Shown here: piece by piece, positions 22,501 through 34,064 of the stretch
Numbering within the stretch: the stretch's first letter is position 1
Layout: the number at the start of each line of letters is the position of its first letter
Assembly (NCBI GenBank): GCA_032718475.1
Contig: JAUCBJ010002957.1
Coordinates: 1 to 34,064, forward strand
Direction: 5' to 3'
Length of the DNA: 34,064 nt
DNA from: Nemertoderma westbladi
Lineage: Eukaryota > Animalia > Xenacoelomorpha
The notes under the pieces: model-generated
Database searches by the model: none
What the model was told of the DNA's origin: nothing
The model's input: the letters and a program-made list of their open reading frames with translations, nothing else
Made by a program: the position numbers and the translations under genes

Positions 22501-25500
22501 AACTACGAGGATGGGGACTGAGGTGAGGCAAATCAACTACGAGGATGGGAACTGAGGTGAGGCAAATCAACCAGAAGGATGGGGACTGAGGTGAGGCAAA
22601 TCAACTACGAGGATGGGGACTGAGGTGAGGAAAATCAACCAAGAGGATGGGGACTGAGGTGAGGCAAATCAACTACGAGGATGGGGACTGAGGTGAGGCA
22701 AATCAACCAAGAGGATGGGGACTGAGGTGAGGCAAATCAACCAAGAGGATGGGGACTGAGGTGAGGCAAATCAACCAAGAGGATGGGGACTGAGGTGAGG
22801 CAAATCAACCACGAGGATGGGGACTGAGGTGAGGCAAATCAACCAAGAGGATGGGGAATGAGGTGAGGCAAATCAACCAAGAGGATGGGGACTGAGGTGA
22901 GGCAAATCAACCAAGAGGATGGGGACTGAGGTGAGGCAAATCAACCAAGAGGATGGGGACTTAGGTGAGGCAAATCAACCAGAAGGATGGGGACTGAGGT
23001 GAGGCAAATCAACCACGAGGATGGGGACTGAGGTGAGGCAAATCAACCAAGAGGATGGGGACTGAGGTGAGGCAAATCAACCAAGAGGATGGGGACTGAG
23101 GTGAGGCAAATCAACCACGAGGATGGGGACTGAGGTGAGGCAAATCAACCACGAGGATGGGGACTGAGGTGAGGCAAATCAACTACGAGGATGGGGACTG
23201 AGGTGAGGCAAATCAACCAAGAGGATGGGGACTTAGGTGAGGAAAATCAACCAAGAGGATGGGGACTGAGGTGAGGCAAATCAACCAAGAGGATGGGGAC
23301 TGAGGTGAGGCAAATCAACCAAGAGGATGGGGACTGAGGTGAGGCAAATCAACTACGAGGATGGGGACTGAGGTGAGGCAAATCAACCAAGAGGATGGGG
23401 ACTGAGGTGAGGCAAATCAACCAAGAGGATGGGGACTGAGGTGAGGCAAATCAACTACGAGGATGGGGACTGAGGTGAGGCAAATCAACCAGAAGGATGG
23501 GGACTGAGGTGAGGCAAATCAACCAAGAGGATGGGGACTTAGGTGAGGCAAATCAACCAGAAGGATGGGGACTGAGGTGAGGCAAATCAACCACGAGGAT
23601 GGGGACTGAGGTGAGGCAAATCAACTACGAGGATGGGGACTGAGGTGAGGCAAATCAACCACGAGGATGGGGACTGAGGTGAGGCAAATCAACTACGAGG
23701 ATGGGGACTGAGGTGAGGCAAATCAACCAAGAGGATGGGGACTTAGGTGAGGAAAATCAACCAAGAGGATGGGGACTGAGGTGAGGCAAATCAACCAAGA
23801 GGATGGGGACTGAGGTGAGGCAAATCAACCAAGAGGATGGGGACTGAGGTAAGGCAAATCAACCACGGGGATGGGAACTGAGGTGAGGCAAATCAACCAG
23901 AAGGATGGGGACTGAGGTGAGGCAAATCAACCAAGAGGATGGGGACTGAGGTGAGGCAAATCAACCAAGAGGATGGGGACTGAGGTGAGGCAAATCAACC
24001 AAGAGGATGGGGACTTAGGTGAGGCAAATCAACCAGAAGGATGGGGACTGAGGTGAGGCAAATCAACCAAGAGGACGTGGACTGAGGTGAGGCAAATCAA
24101 CCACGAGGATGGGGACTTAGGTGAGGAAAATCAACCACAAGGATGGGGACTGAGGTGAGGCAAATCAACCAAGAGGATGGGGACTGAGGTGAGGCAAATC
24201 AACCAAGAGGATGGGGACTTAGGTGATGCAAATCAACCACGAGGATGGGGACTGAGGTGAGGCAAATCAACCAAGAGGATGGGGACTGAGGTGAGGCAAA
24301 TCAACCACGAGGATGGGGACTGAGGTGAGGCAAATCAACCAAGAGGATGGGGACTGAGGTGAGGCAAATCAACCAAGAGGATGGGGACTTAGGTGAGGCA
24401 AATCAACCAGAAGGATGGGGACTGAGGTGAGGCAAATCAACCAAGAGGACGTGGACTGAGGTGAGGCAAATCAACCACGAGGATGGGGACTTAGGTGAGG
24501 AAAATCAACCACAAGGATGGGGACTGAGGTGAGGCAAATCAACCAAGAGGATGGGGACTGAGGTGAGGCAAATCAACCAAGAGGATGGGGACTGAGGTGA
24601 GGCAAATCAACCACGAGGATGGGGACTGAGGTGAGGCAAATCAACCAAGAGGATGGGGACTGAGGTGAGGCAAATCAACCACGAGGATGGGGACTGAGGT
24701 GAGGCAAATCAACCAAGAGGATGGGGACTGAGGTGAGGCAAATCAACCACGAGGATGGGGACTGAGGTGAGGCAAATCAACCAAGAGGATGGGGACTGAG
24801 GTGAGGCAAATCAACCAAGAGGATGGGGACTTAGGTGAGGCAAATCAACCAAGAGGATGGGGACTGAGGTAAGGCAAATCAACCAAGAGGATGGGGACTG
24901 AGGTGAGGCAAATCAACCACGAGGATGGGGACTGAGGTGAGGCAAATAAACCAAGAGGATGGGGACTGAGGTGAGGCAAATCAACCACAAGGATGGGGAC
25001 TGAGGTGAGGCAAATCAACCAAGAGGATGGGGACTGAGGTGAGGCAAATCAACCAAGAGGATGGGGACTGAGGTGAGGCAAATCAACCAAGAGGATGGGG
25101 ACTGAGGTGAGGCAAATCAACCACGAGGATGGGGACTGAGGTGAGGCAAATCAACCAAGAGGATGGGGACTGAGGTGAGGCAAATCAACCACGAGGATGG
25201 GGACTGAGGTGAGGCAAATCAACCAAGAGGATGGGGACTGAGGTGAGGCAAATCAACCACGAGGATGGGGACTGAGGTGAGGCAAATCAACCAAGAGGAT
25301 GGGGACTGAGGTGAGGCAAATCAACCACGGGGATGGGGACTGAGGTGAGGCAAATCAACCAAGAGGATGGGGACTTAGGTGATACAAATCAACCACAAGG
25401 ATGGGGACTGAGGTAAGGCAAATCAACCACGAGGATGGGGACTTAGGTGATGCAAATCAACCACGAGGATGGGGACTGAGGTGAGGCAAATCAACCAAGA

Positions 25501-26657
25501 GGATGGGGACTGAGGTGAGGCAAATCAACCACGAGGATGGGGACTGAGGTGAGGCAAATCAACCAAGAGGATGGGGACTGAGGTGAGGCAAATCAACCAA
25601 GAGGATGGGGACTTAGGTGAGGCAAATCAACCAGAAGGATGGGGACTGAGGTGAGGCAAATCAACCAAGAGGACGTGGACTGAGGTGAGGCAAATCAACC
25701 ACGAGGATGGGGACTTAGGTGAGGAAAATCAACCACAAGGATGGGGACTGAGGTGAGGCAAATCAACCAAGAGGATGGGGACTGAGGTGAGGCAAATCAA
25801 CCAAGAGGATGGGGACTGAGGTGAGGCAAATCAACCACGAGGATGGGGACTGAGGTGAGGCAAATCAACCAAGAGGATGGGGACTGAGGTGAGGCAAATC
25901 AACCACGAGGATGGGGACTGAGGTGAGGCAAATCAACCAAGAGGATGGGGACTGAGGTGAGGCAAATCAACCACGAGGATGGGGACTGAGGTGAGGCAAA
26001 TCAACCAAGAGGATGGGGACTGAGGTGAGGCAAATCAACCACGAGGATGGGGACTGAGGTGAGGCAAATCAACCAAGAGGATGGGGACTGAGGTGAGGCA
26101 AATCAACCAAGAGGATGGGGACTGAGGTGAGGCAAATCAACCAAGAGGATGGGGACTTAGGTGATGCAAATCAACCACGAGGATGGGGACTGAGGTGATG
26201 CAAATCAACCACGAGGATGGGGACTGAGGTGAGGCAAATCAACCAAGAGGATGGGGACTGAGGTGAGGCAAATCAACCAAGAGGATGGGGACTGAGGTGA
26301 GGCAAATCAACTACGAGGATGGGGACTGAGGTGAGGCAAATCAACCAAGAGGATGGGGACTGAGGTGAGGCAAATCAACCACGAGGATGGGGACTGAGGT
26401 GAGGCAAATCAACCAAGAGGATGGGGACTGAGGTGAGGCAAATCAACCAAGAGGATGGGGACTGAGGTGAGGCAAATCAACCAAGAGGATGGGGACTGAG
26501 GTGAGGCAAATCAACCAAGAGGATGGGGACTGAGGTGAGGCAAATCAACTACGAGGATGGGGACTGAGGTGAGGCAAATCAACCACGGGGATGGGAACTG
26601 AGGTGAGGCAAATCAACTACGAGGATGGGGACTGATTTGAGGCAAATCAACTACGAG
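16516..26657. repeat. 10.1-kb 34-bp minisatellite, ~298 copies (CAACCAAGAGGATGGGGACTGAGGTGAGGCAAAT)
   Basis: Period 34, with phase preserved at every 1020-bp (30-unit) checkpoint from 16621 to 25801. Ends ~100 bp from the exon-1 donor. Confidence 0.99.
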
Positions 26658-26756
26658 ATTCTTCTCGAAGCATCAATGAAACTATTTTTTAAAGTAATTA
26701 AAGGGACAAATAATTATATAAAATATATTAATAAAATAATTAGGGATTATACTTAC

Positions 26757-27636
26757 CAGTATAAAAACCCGTCTTCATAACTTCTGATGAATTGAAAGTA
26801 TAGCACGCAGAACGTTCAACCAACATTCGAAAAATATTATCCTCGCTTCTCTTAAAAAAATCTGACGAAGTACAGCTTACGCCGTTATATTTACACCATA
26901 TCAAACTGTCGTCAAGAGTATGGGATCCACGCATTAAAAAATCTAAAAATTGGTCAGCGTTCATTCTAAGAATATTAGCGATTTCATCAAAATCATGTTT
27001 ATCGTCACCAAGGGAATCATTGCTGGGCCTTTGAAGCAAACGAATCTCATCGTCAATATCAGTATGCGAGAACGCACTACGAGGCACCACCTGGAGTATA
27101 TCCTGCAAGAAATTCTTATACTTCGTGGAAGTTATTTTGGGTAGACGGCTGGACCTGAAGGCGTTCTGATTGCATATGGTTATACTGGGGAAGGGAACAT
27201 TAGCCGCAGTCACGTTGAGAGTCGAGCTAATGGTGGTGGTCTCGACCTTATAGTCGTGCCAAACCTCCTGTAAGTTAAACAACATAAAGACGAACATAAG
27301 GATGGAGAGAGTGAACCAACCGAATTTATAGTAACGGGAGTTCCCTCTGATAAACCGCGGGACGCCGTGGAATGTGGAACAGGCGGTCCAGTTAACAACA
27401 TCGATGTAGAGTTTGGCGAGGAGTGTTTGGCGTTCCTCTTTGAGTGAGATAGGTTGGTGTCGGAGTGGATTGACCCGACTACGATTGCTTGCGAAGGAGT
27501 TACCACGGATGAAACTATCTCCTCGTTGCCGGAACGGTGTCGCCTTGTACTCCAACAGTTGTATGTCCACGTCCATAGGGCCTTCTCTGATGTAATGGCT
27601 GTTCGCATTGCTATTCTCATTATCATGAGAGTTCAT
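26757..27636 (-). CDS. DEG/ENaC (ASIC/degenerin-like) channel subunit, coding exon 1: N-terminus, HG motif, TM1, palm/finger
   Basis: ATG at 27636. Translation contains STFHGVPRF (conserved pre-TM1 HG), hydrophobic TM1 FGWFTLSILMFVFMLFNL, VPFPSITICNQN, WCKYNGVSC and ACYTFN. Ends at donor ACT G|GTAAGT (intron starts 26756). 880 nt, phase 1. Confidence 0.95.
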
Positions 27637-27884
27637 CGTTTATCGATATATAAAGTCATTATAGACAGTATTATTAATAATTCATTAAACTAGATTATAA
27701 TTAATATTGAAATAAATTTGATATGAGGTTTTTTCTTCTTCTTATAAACATATTCCGAAATACGGAGAGTAAGGTTGTTTAATTAAACGAACGTATGCTA
27801 GCATAAGACTAGGGGGTGGTGGGAGGGTAACTTGATGCAATTCCTATTTCGGCGAATTAATATTGCGTCTCAATGTTAAATTAC

Positions 27885-27965
27885 CAATTTAGGGAAAGAA
27901 CCCGGTTACAGTAGCACGTTATTCTAAACAAAACAATAAACGAAAAGTCAACAAAACAGGTTACT
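27885..27965 (+). mobile_element. Terminal fragment of the dispersed MITE-like family (copy 2 of 3)
   Basis: CAATTTAGGGAAAGAACCCGGTTACAGTAGCACGTTATTCTAAACAAAACAATAAACGAAAAGTCAA resembles the copies at 2081 and 32566. Confidence 0.55.
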
Positions 27966-28707
27966 AGCAAAGGGTACGCCACACTCATTCATTACTTATA
28001 TATAAATAAAAAGATAAAATACAGTACTGACTATAAAATAAGATAAGTTGGAAGAATAATTTGCGGAATAAATGCATGTACTGCCAAGGTAATTTTGTTC
28101 AAAACTCGGAAGCCACCAACTTTAATTAAATGTTAAGAATTTGAAATACAGCAATGATACATTTATGAAAACCTGCAGAGAAAATGCATTGGTATGGCAA
28201 AGCTACAGTAGTTTTTGATAAATTTTTAATGGAGTGGCTACGGTAGTGACTGGCTAGAGATCCATGCTAATATTCACGATGGGAGACCAGTAAATTAGTT
28301 AGCATTAACGTCACCCCCATTTAATCCGTCTCATTTCCAGTTTATATGACCTTCATTATTTATTATATATATTCGCAAATAATCTACAGCCCAGGTTCGT
28401 CCGCATATATATTTTTTAAGCCTATTTATTAATAAATACCACGTAAACAGCAACATATATCTTACTTCGGTAACACAATAAAATGTAAAACACATGACAT
28501 GACATGCATTTTGTTGAATGGAAATAGAATCTTTCCAAACATCAGTAAATAAGTATCCCAAATTTTACAAGCTATACGTTGTTTTAATAACCAATTTATA
28601 ATTCCTATATATAAGAACAATTATAAAACACTCACTGAGAATTTCATAAAGACTGAAAATAAACTTGTTCAATATATATTATATATGGATCAGTTGCATT
28701 TGGGGGG

Positions 28708-29272
28708 TTTGGGAGGGTGGTATAAAATGGAGGGTGGTATATGGAGTGTGGTAGGGTGGTATATTGAGGGAGGGAGGGTGGTATATGGAGGGTGGGAGGG
28801 TGGAATACGAACGGTGGGAGGGTGGGGTGGTATATGGAGGGTGGCAGGGTGGTATATTGAGGGAGGGAGGGAGGGTGGTATATGGAGGGTGGGAGGGTGG
28901 TATATTGTGGGAGGGAGGGTGGTATATGGAGGGTGGGAGGGTGAAATACGGAGGGTGGGATTGTATATGGAGGGTGGGAGGGTGGTATATGGAGGGTGGG
29001 AGGGTGGTATATTGAGGGAGGGAGGGTGGTATATGGAGGGTGGGAGGGTGGTATATTGAGGGAGGGAGGGTGGTATATGGAGGGTGGGAGGGTGGAATAC
29101 GGAGTGGGGATGGTGTGGTGGTATATGGAGGGTGGTATATGGAGGGTGGACGGGTGGAATACGAACGGTGGGAGGGTGGGTGGTATATTGAGGGTGGCAG
29201 GGTGGTATATTGAGGGAGAGAGGGTGGTATATGGAGGGTAGGAGGGTGGAATATGGGGGGAGGGAGGGTGTT
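28708..29272. repeat. G-rich degenerate minisatellite (GGAGGGTGGTATAT / GGAGGGTG modules)
   Basis: Dense GGG runs separated by 1-10 nt. Source of the low-complexity Pro- and Gly-rich ORFs. Confidence 0.92.
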
Positions 29273-31059
29273 GACGGGATGTCAGAATGACAAATTCCAA
29301 ATTAGCAACACGTAAGAAACAGAAAAGTCACATATATTACAATGCATGCAAGTGTTTCTCGTGTTTCACATTTTGGAATTTTTCAGTAAATAAATCATAG
29401 CTTTGCTTGTCTACAATAACATGAAAAGACAATTCTCATCTCTATATTAATGAGCGAATAAAAACTAACGAGATTACAATATTATTTATTTCGTTTAACA
29501 AATTTCAATTACACAAAAGTTTCGGACAGGCTAAAAAATAAAAACAATATATCAAAACTTAATTAAAGTTACGAATAAATAATTGTTTGAATGGATGAAC
29601 ACAATTTGGTAACAAGAAACAGTTTCCAAGAGAAATAATTGTAAACTTATAATAGTGCAGTCGTGCCTGGCAGTAGAATAAGTCTGGGCCAATCAGATAC
29701 TAAGAATTATGGAAGCAAGAAGATCACAGATTAACCAACCAGGCAGGTCCTTCTATTGCCAAACAAATTCAGTGTTAGTTTTGGATAAAGCAGGCAATTT
29801 ACACTATAAAGGGATTATTGGGCGACCAAGATGGAACTAACTGTGTACCAAAATAAACAATCATTAACCACCTTAATGAAAAGTATAATTATTGAAGTGT
29901 TTTTGCATCTTATTATAATCCCAGGAGGAAGTAACTAACTAAATGTACGCTGAAATACTAATTAGTTTTACATACCTCGCTCCTAGGTTTGCGGTTTACG
30001 GTTAGCTGTTATCCTGAACTTTTAACCTTATAACCAACCAACTGTGCCACTTCCAAATATTTCATTTTATGCCTTTTTTGGTGCCAATTTTTTTTTTTTT
30101 TTTTGGTGGCAGAACCAGTTGCTTCGTAACTGGTGCGCCAACCATCGACATGGGAATCCTGTTCTGCTGGATGAGTAAATAACAAAATCGGATGTATAGC
30201 AGCCTTACAGGTAACAGCCAAGAGAGTGAAGCGTTTTGTGTTTTACATCCACATATAAATTTACTAAATCAGAAACTATAGACTATAACATACGAATATA
30301 ACATTGATATATCATATCTATACGGTAATACGGTACTAAACGATAAATTAAAACGATATATAGACTAACTATACGAGTTACCGAACCTACAGTACTCCTG
30401 GAGAAAAATGAATAGTAATTTCGGACGGGTATCGATTGATGCAGTGAGTTAGTGTAACTTTGATGCAAATTACACGGCGCAAATCAGTGTGTGGCCGTGT
30501 CGAGGGGCGTGCAATACGTAACACGACCACCACCGCGAATGGCCATCAGCGTATAAAAATCGATAAAGTCTTTACGGCAGAGAAAAGCAACTCTTGTGTC
30601 CAATTTTCTTTCGGTAATGAACTCCGCGGGGGGTTGTAGAGAGACATGATACCAACCATATTAAATCGCACACATATGAATTAAAAATAATTTGAATACA
30701 TTAAACCCAATTCCAATATCGCTACATACAGTTCTTAGTAGATTGCGAGAGCTCCTAGAGGTATCCGGAAATAGTGTCTAAATCTTAATATACTCACCTC
30801 AATAGAGTGCCACCCCACATTTTCTACAGCTCTTAATGAGATTGAAAGTTGAAACCGAGAAAGTCCAAATTTCTATTCTCCGTAATTTGTAGATGGTAAG
30901 TCAGAATATATATTTTCGTTTTGAATCTTTTGCTAAAAGCTCTTGAAGAAAGTTCCTTCAATATTCCACATATTGATATTGATCGTGATATACTAACGGA
31001 CTAACGCCCCAACGCTGGGGATTTTGGTGACTGGATTAAGTCGCCATAGTAAATAAAGC

Positions 31060-31919
31060 CCCACAAACATGTAACAAAAGTCGGAATCCCACAAACATGT
31101 AACAAGAGGCGGAATCCCACAAACATGTAACAAAAGTCGAAATCCCACAAACATGTAACAAGAGTCGGAATCCTACAAACATGGAACAAAAGTCGGAATC
31201 TCACAAATATGTACCAAAAGTCGGAATCTCACAAATATGTACCAAAAGTCGAAATCTCACAAGCATGAACCAAAAGTCGGAATCCCACAAACATGTACCA
31301 AAAGTCGAAATCCCACAAACATGTACCCAAAGTCGGAAACCCACGAACATGTAACAAAAGTCGGAATCCCCCAAACATGTACCAAAAGTCGGAATCCCAC
31401 AAATATTTACCAAAAGTCGGAATCCCACAAACATGTAACAAAAGTCGGAATCCCACAAACATGTAGCAAAAGTCCTGAATCCCACAAACATGTACCAAAA
31501 GTCGGAATCCCACAAACATGTACCAAAAGTCGGAATCCCACAAAGATATACCAAAAGTCGGCATCCCACGAACATGTTCCAAAAGTCGGCATTCCACATA
31601 CATGTACCAAAAGTCGGAATCCCACAAGCATGAACCAAAAGTCGGAATCCCACAAACATGTACCAAAAGTCGGAATCCCACAAAAATGTGCCAAAAGTCG
31701 GAATCCCACAAACATTTACAAAAAGTCGGCATCCCACAAACATCTACCAAAAGTCGGCATCCCACAAAAATGTACCAAATGTCGGCATTCCACAAACATG
31801 TACCAAAAGTCGGAATCCCACAAGCATGAACCAAAAGTCGGAATCCCACAAACATGTACCACAAGTTGGAATCCCACAAACATGTACCAAAAGTCGGAAT
31901 CCCACAAAGATGGAACAAA
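31060..31919. repeat. 28-bp tandem satellite, ~30 diverged copies (CCCACAAACATGTACCAAAAGTCGGAAT)
   Basis: Head-to-tail units with scattered substitutions. Explains the many overlapping repetitive ORFs. Confidence 0.97.
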
Positions 31920-32565
31920 CGTCCACAAATTTGGACTACCTTGAGCTTGACCAGAATTCGGTATCTGATGATTGATTCTCCAATGTTAAACTGTTTGCTG
32001 GCGTATGTAAAGGCGTATGTATGCCTTTACCTATCTGATAATCCCTTATCCACCGACTCAACATAATATGTTAAAAGACAAATAGCCAATTATTTCGAGG
32101 TGATTCGTTCTGTTAACGCCAATATTCCAGTTGGGTGTTCATTAGGACATGCTGCTGAGGTGAGGTAGATGTGTTCCTGATAGAACTTGGTTATACTAAA
32201 CATTATCTATGCATATTGCCAGATTTATTGCTTATTAGTAGTCAAATCACATACATAAAGTCGTCGAGACACTGGTTATAATTACAGAACCTCTCGCTAT
32301 TCCATTTAAAACATTTGTGATCCACTGCCACACGCAGTTGTAAATCTTCAGAAATTTTCTTGGAAAATAGTTGTAACTTCCTCCCACTGCCAAAAGTAGA
32401 ATTAAGTTTTTTCAAATTAATTAAACATATTTATCTCAAATCATTGAATGAAACAGTCTTACAATTTTTCTGCTAAATTTGAGCGTTGACGACCACTAGG
32501 ATTTGAATGCGCCATAAGGACCCTAATTGCGAAACAATAAGAGGAATCCAAACGCAAATCTTTAA

Positions 32566-33017
32566 CAATTAAGGTAATGGAGCAGGTTACTGTGGCACTT
32601 TATTCTAACGAAGGCAAAACACGAAAGTCAATGGCAAAGTTTACAGTTCCTTTTTTTGCTCGTAATCAGTTGTTATTTGCGTCGATATTCCTCTGATGAT
32701 TTTTACTTGAAGAGCGCAGTGAGTCTACAGCTATCTGCTAAAGGTACGCAGCAGAGTTCGCCCGCGAGAAAGCTTCGTCCGCGTCCAATCTTCGCCCGGA
32801 GCAATTTTCGCCCTCAAAATGAGCAACTATCGCCCGGCGGAAACCTACGACCGCAGGCAATCTTCGCCCGCCAGCAACCTTCGCCCACTAAACAATTATT
32901 GTTTCGGTTAGAAAAAGCCGTCTCTGTAACCTACCTTTCCCTCAATTGGTAACAACATCATTTATTGTTTTGTTAGAAAAAACCGTCTCTGTAATCTGCT
33001 CCTTTCCCTCAATTTGT
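32566..33017 (+). mobile_element. MITE-like element (copy 3) with both termini and a tandemly duplicated right end
   Basis: The left end CAATTAAGGTAATGGAGCAGGTTAC is the imperfect inverse of GTAATCTGCTCCTTTCCCTCAATT (~32991-33014). The right-end block TTATTGTTT..GTTAGAAAAA.CCGTCTCTGTAA...TTTCCCTCAATT occurs at ~32897-32948 and ~32962-33014. Confidence 0.6.
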
Positions 33018-33145
33018 GACTAAAATGGTTACTAACACAAATCGTATTGGGCGAAGGTTGCTCGCGGGCGAAGGTTCCCCCGGGCGAAGGTTGTACTCGG
33101 GCGAAGATTGGACGCGGGCGAAGGTTGTACGCGGGTGAAGGTTGC
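32757..33145. repeat. Inverted arrays of ~16-bp TTCGCCCG / CGGGCGAAGGTT subrepeats (foldback-type transposon termini)
   Basis: About 7 TTCGCCC-like units at 32757-32886 face 6 GGGCGAAGGTT-like units at 33048-33144. CCGCGTCCAATCTTCGCCCG has an exact inverse CGGGCGAAGATTGGACGCGG. Confidence 0.8.
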
Positions 33146-33598
33146 ACCCAACCCTGCAACTGCAGCCAGTTGATTTAATATTTTAAACATGAAGGCCGAC
33201 TATAAAGGCCGACTATTGTCATTAATGCCCATGTTTTACAGTGATGTACATCATCACTAGTGTCCTAGTGAAGGTGGTGTACTGATGTACACTTGTGATG
33301 TTCCTATTACAGTGTGGAATATATATAGATAGAACAATGCAACTAATAGTTAGGATATGGTTCTAGGATGGAGGTGCAAATTACTGCGTAATGGGGAGGG
33401 AGCGGGGTGGCGGTGGGGTACGTGGGGTGTGGTGGTGGGGTAGGTGGGGGGTGGGGGGAGGGGGGGGGGGGGGGGTGAGTTATCACAAAAATTTATTTTC
33501 TCGCTTGTTCTGTTATCGGGGAAGGTTTCCAACGAAATCAATAAACTAATTTCCATTTTAATTATAACCACTTTGCACCTTTCTTTATAAATTGATGA

Positions 33599-33779
33599 AA
33601 TCAGCACCCCTTAAAACCCCCATAGCGAGAATGTTAGTTAATTTGAATTATTTTTTATGTTTTGACAGACTGACTAACAGAATGACCGACAGACAGACAG
33701 ACTAGATTTATGTAAACGTGAAAACTGACATCAGAAATGTAATCAGCACCCCTTAAAACCCCCACAGCGTGAATGTTAG
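33599..33779 (-). mobile_element. Helentron/HINE-like fragment
   Basis: 39-bp direct repeat AATCAGCACCCCTTAAAACCCCCAYAGCGWGAATGTTAG at 33599-33637 and 33741-33779, flanking a (GACA)n tract (GTCY on the minus strand). Confidence 0.45.
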
Positions 33780-34064
33780 CGACACGTTTTAATTATTAAC
33801 CATATTTCGTAAGATATATTTTAAAACATTTATTTATAAATAATGCAATAACTGAATAACCAGATAACGGAAAGACAAATAGAATTGAAACTTTTAATTA
33901 CTAATAATAATTGTGGTGAGAGGTGATTGGAAATCAACCTTATATGTTATGTTATGGTAGGCACAGGCAAATGAATTGATGTCTGTTGAGATGTATTGAA
34001 GGAGAGCTATTCCTTCTACTAGACTACTACAGGTTAGGCCATGTCCTTGTGTGCTAGCCTAGGC

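Larger units (their letters stand above)
4014..26756 (-). other. 22.7-kb GT-AG intron of the DEG/ENaC gene, filled with repeats
   Basis: GTAAGT donor and polypyrimidine-CAG acceptor. The flanking exons join into contiguous canonical family sequence, so no intermediate coding exon is needed. Confidence 0.88.

Noticed and set aside
16516-26657. CRISPR-like array or coding repeat in the 34-bp array
   Set aside because: The variable slot is only ~4 nt drawn from a few recurring alleles. The period is not a multiple of 3 and TGA stops occur on both strands.
28644-29300. Extensin-like Pro-rich and Gly-rich ORFs
   Set aside because: Open on both strands and in several frames because the sequence is a low-complexity G-rich repeat.
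31001-32066. Many overlapping repetitive ORFs
   Set aside because: The 28-bp unit is nearly stop-free in all frames, and the same peptide cycles through frames.

Overview
Eukaryotic (animal, probably invertebrate) genomic DNA. The only host gene I can support is a complete three-exon DEG/ENaC (degenerin/ENaC/ASIC superfamily) channel on the minus strand: 27636-26757, 4013-3470 and 603-228. These total 1800 nt (599 aa plus stop), with GT-AG junctions and matching phases 1 and 2. The protein keeps the HG motif, FPSITIC, CYTFN and the GAS filter. It is atypical in having proline at the degenerin gating site, a thumb with 8 rather than 10 Cys, and a ~75-aa Cys-containing knuckle. Its 22.7-kb first coding intron is almost all repeats. 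It holds a (GTAGGT)n tract and two non-LTR retrotransposons (RTE-like with a 15-bp TSD, RTEX-like with a 20-bp TSD) that both sit in one ~400-bp palindromic element. It also holds a third decayed RT fragment, a 36-bp satellite, a tRNA-derived SINE head and a 10.1-kb 34-bp minisatellite with no net indel and structured variant units. The flanks contain Helentron/HINE-like and MITE-like elements, a G-rich repeat and a 28-bp satellite. No CRISPR or other prokaryotic system is present. All protein family calls come from motif recognition by eye, not from database searches.
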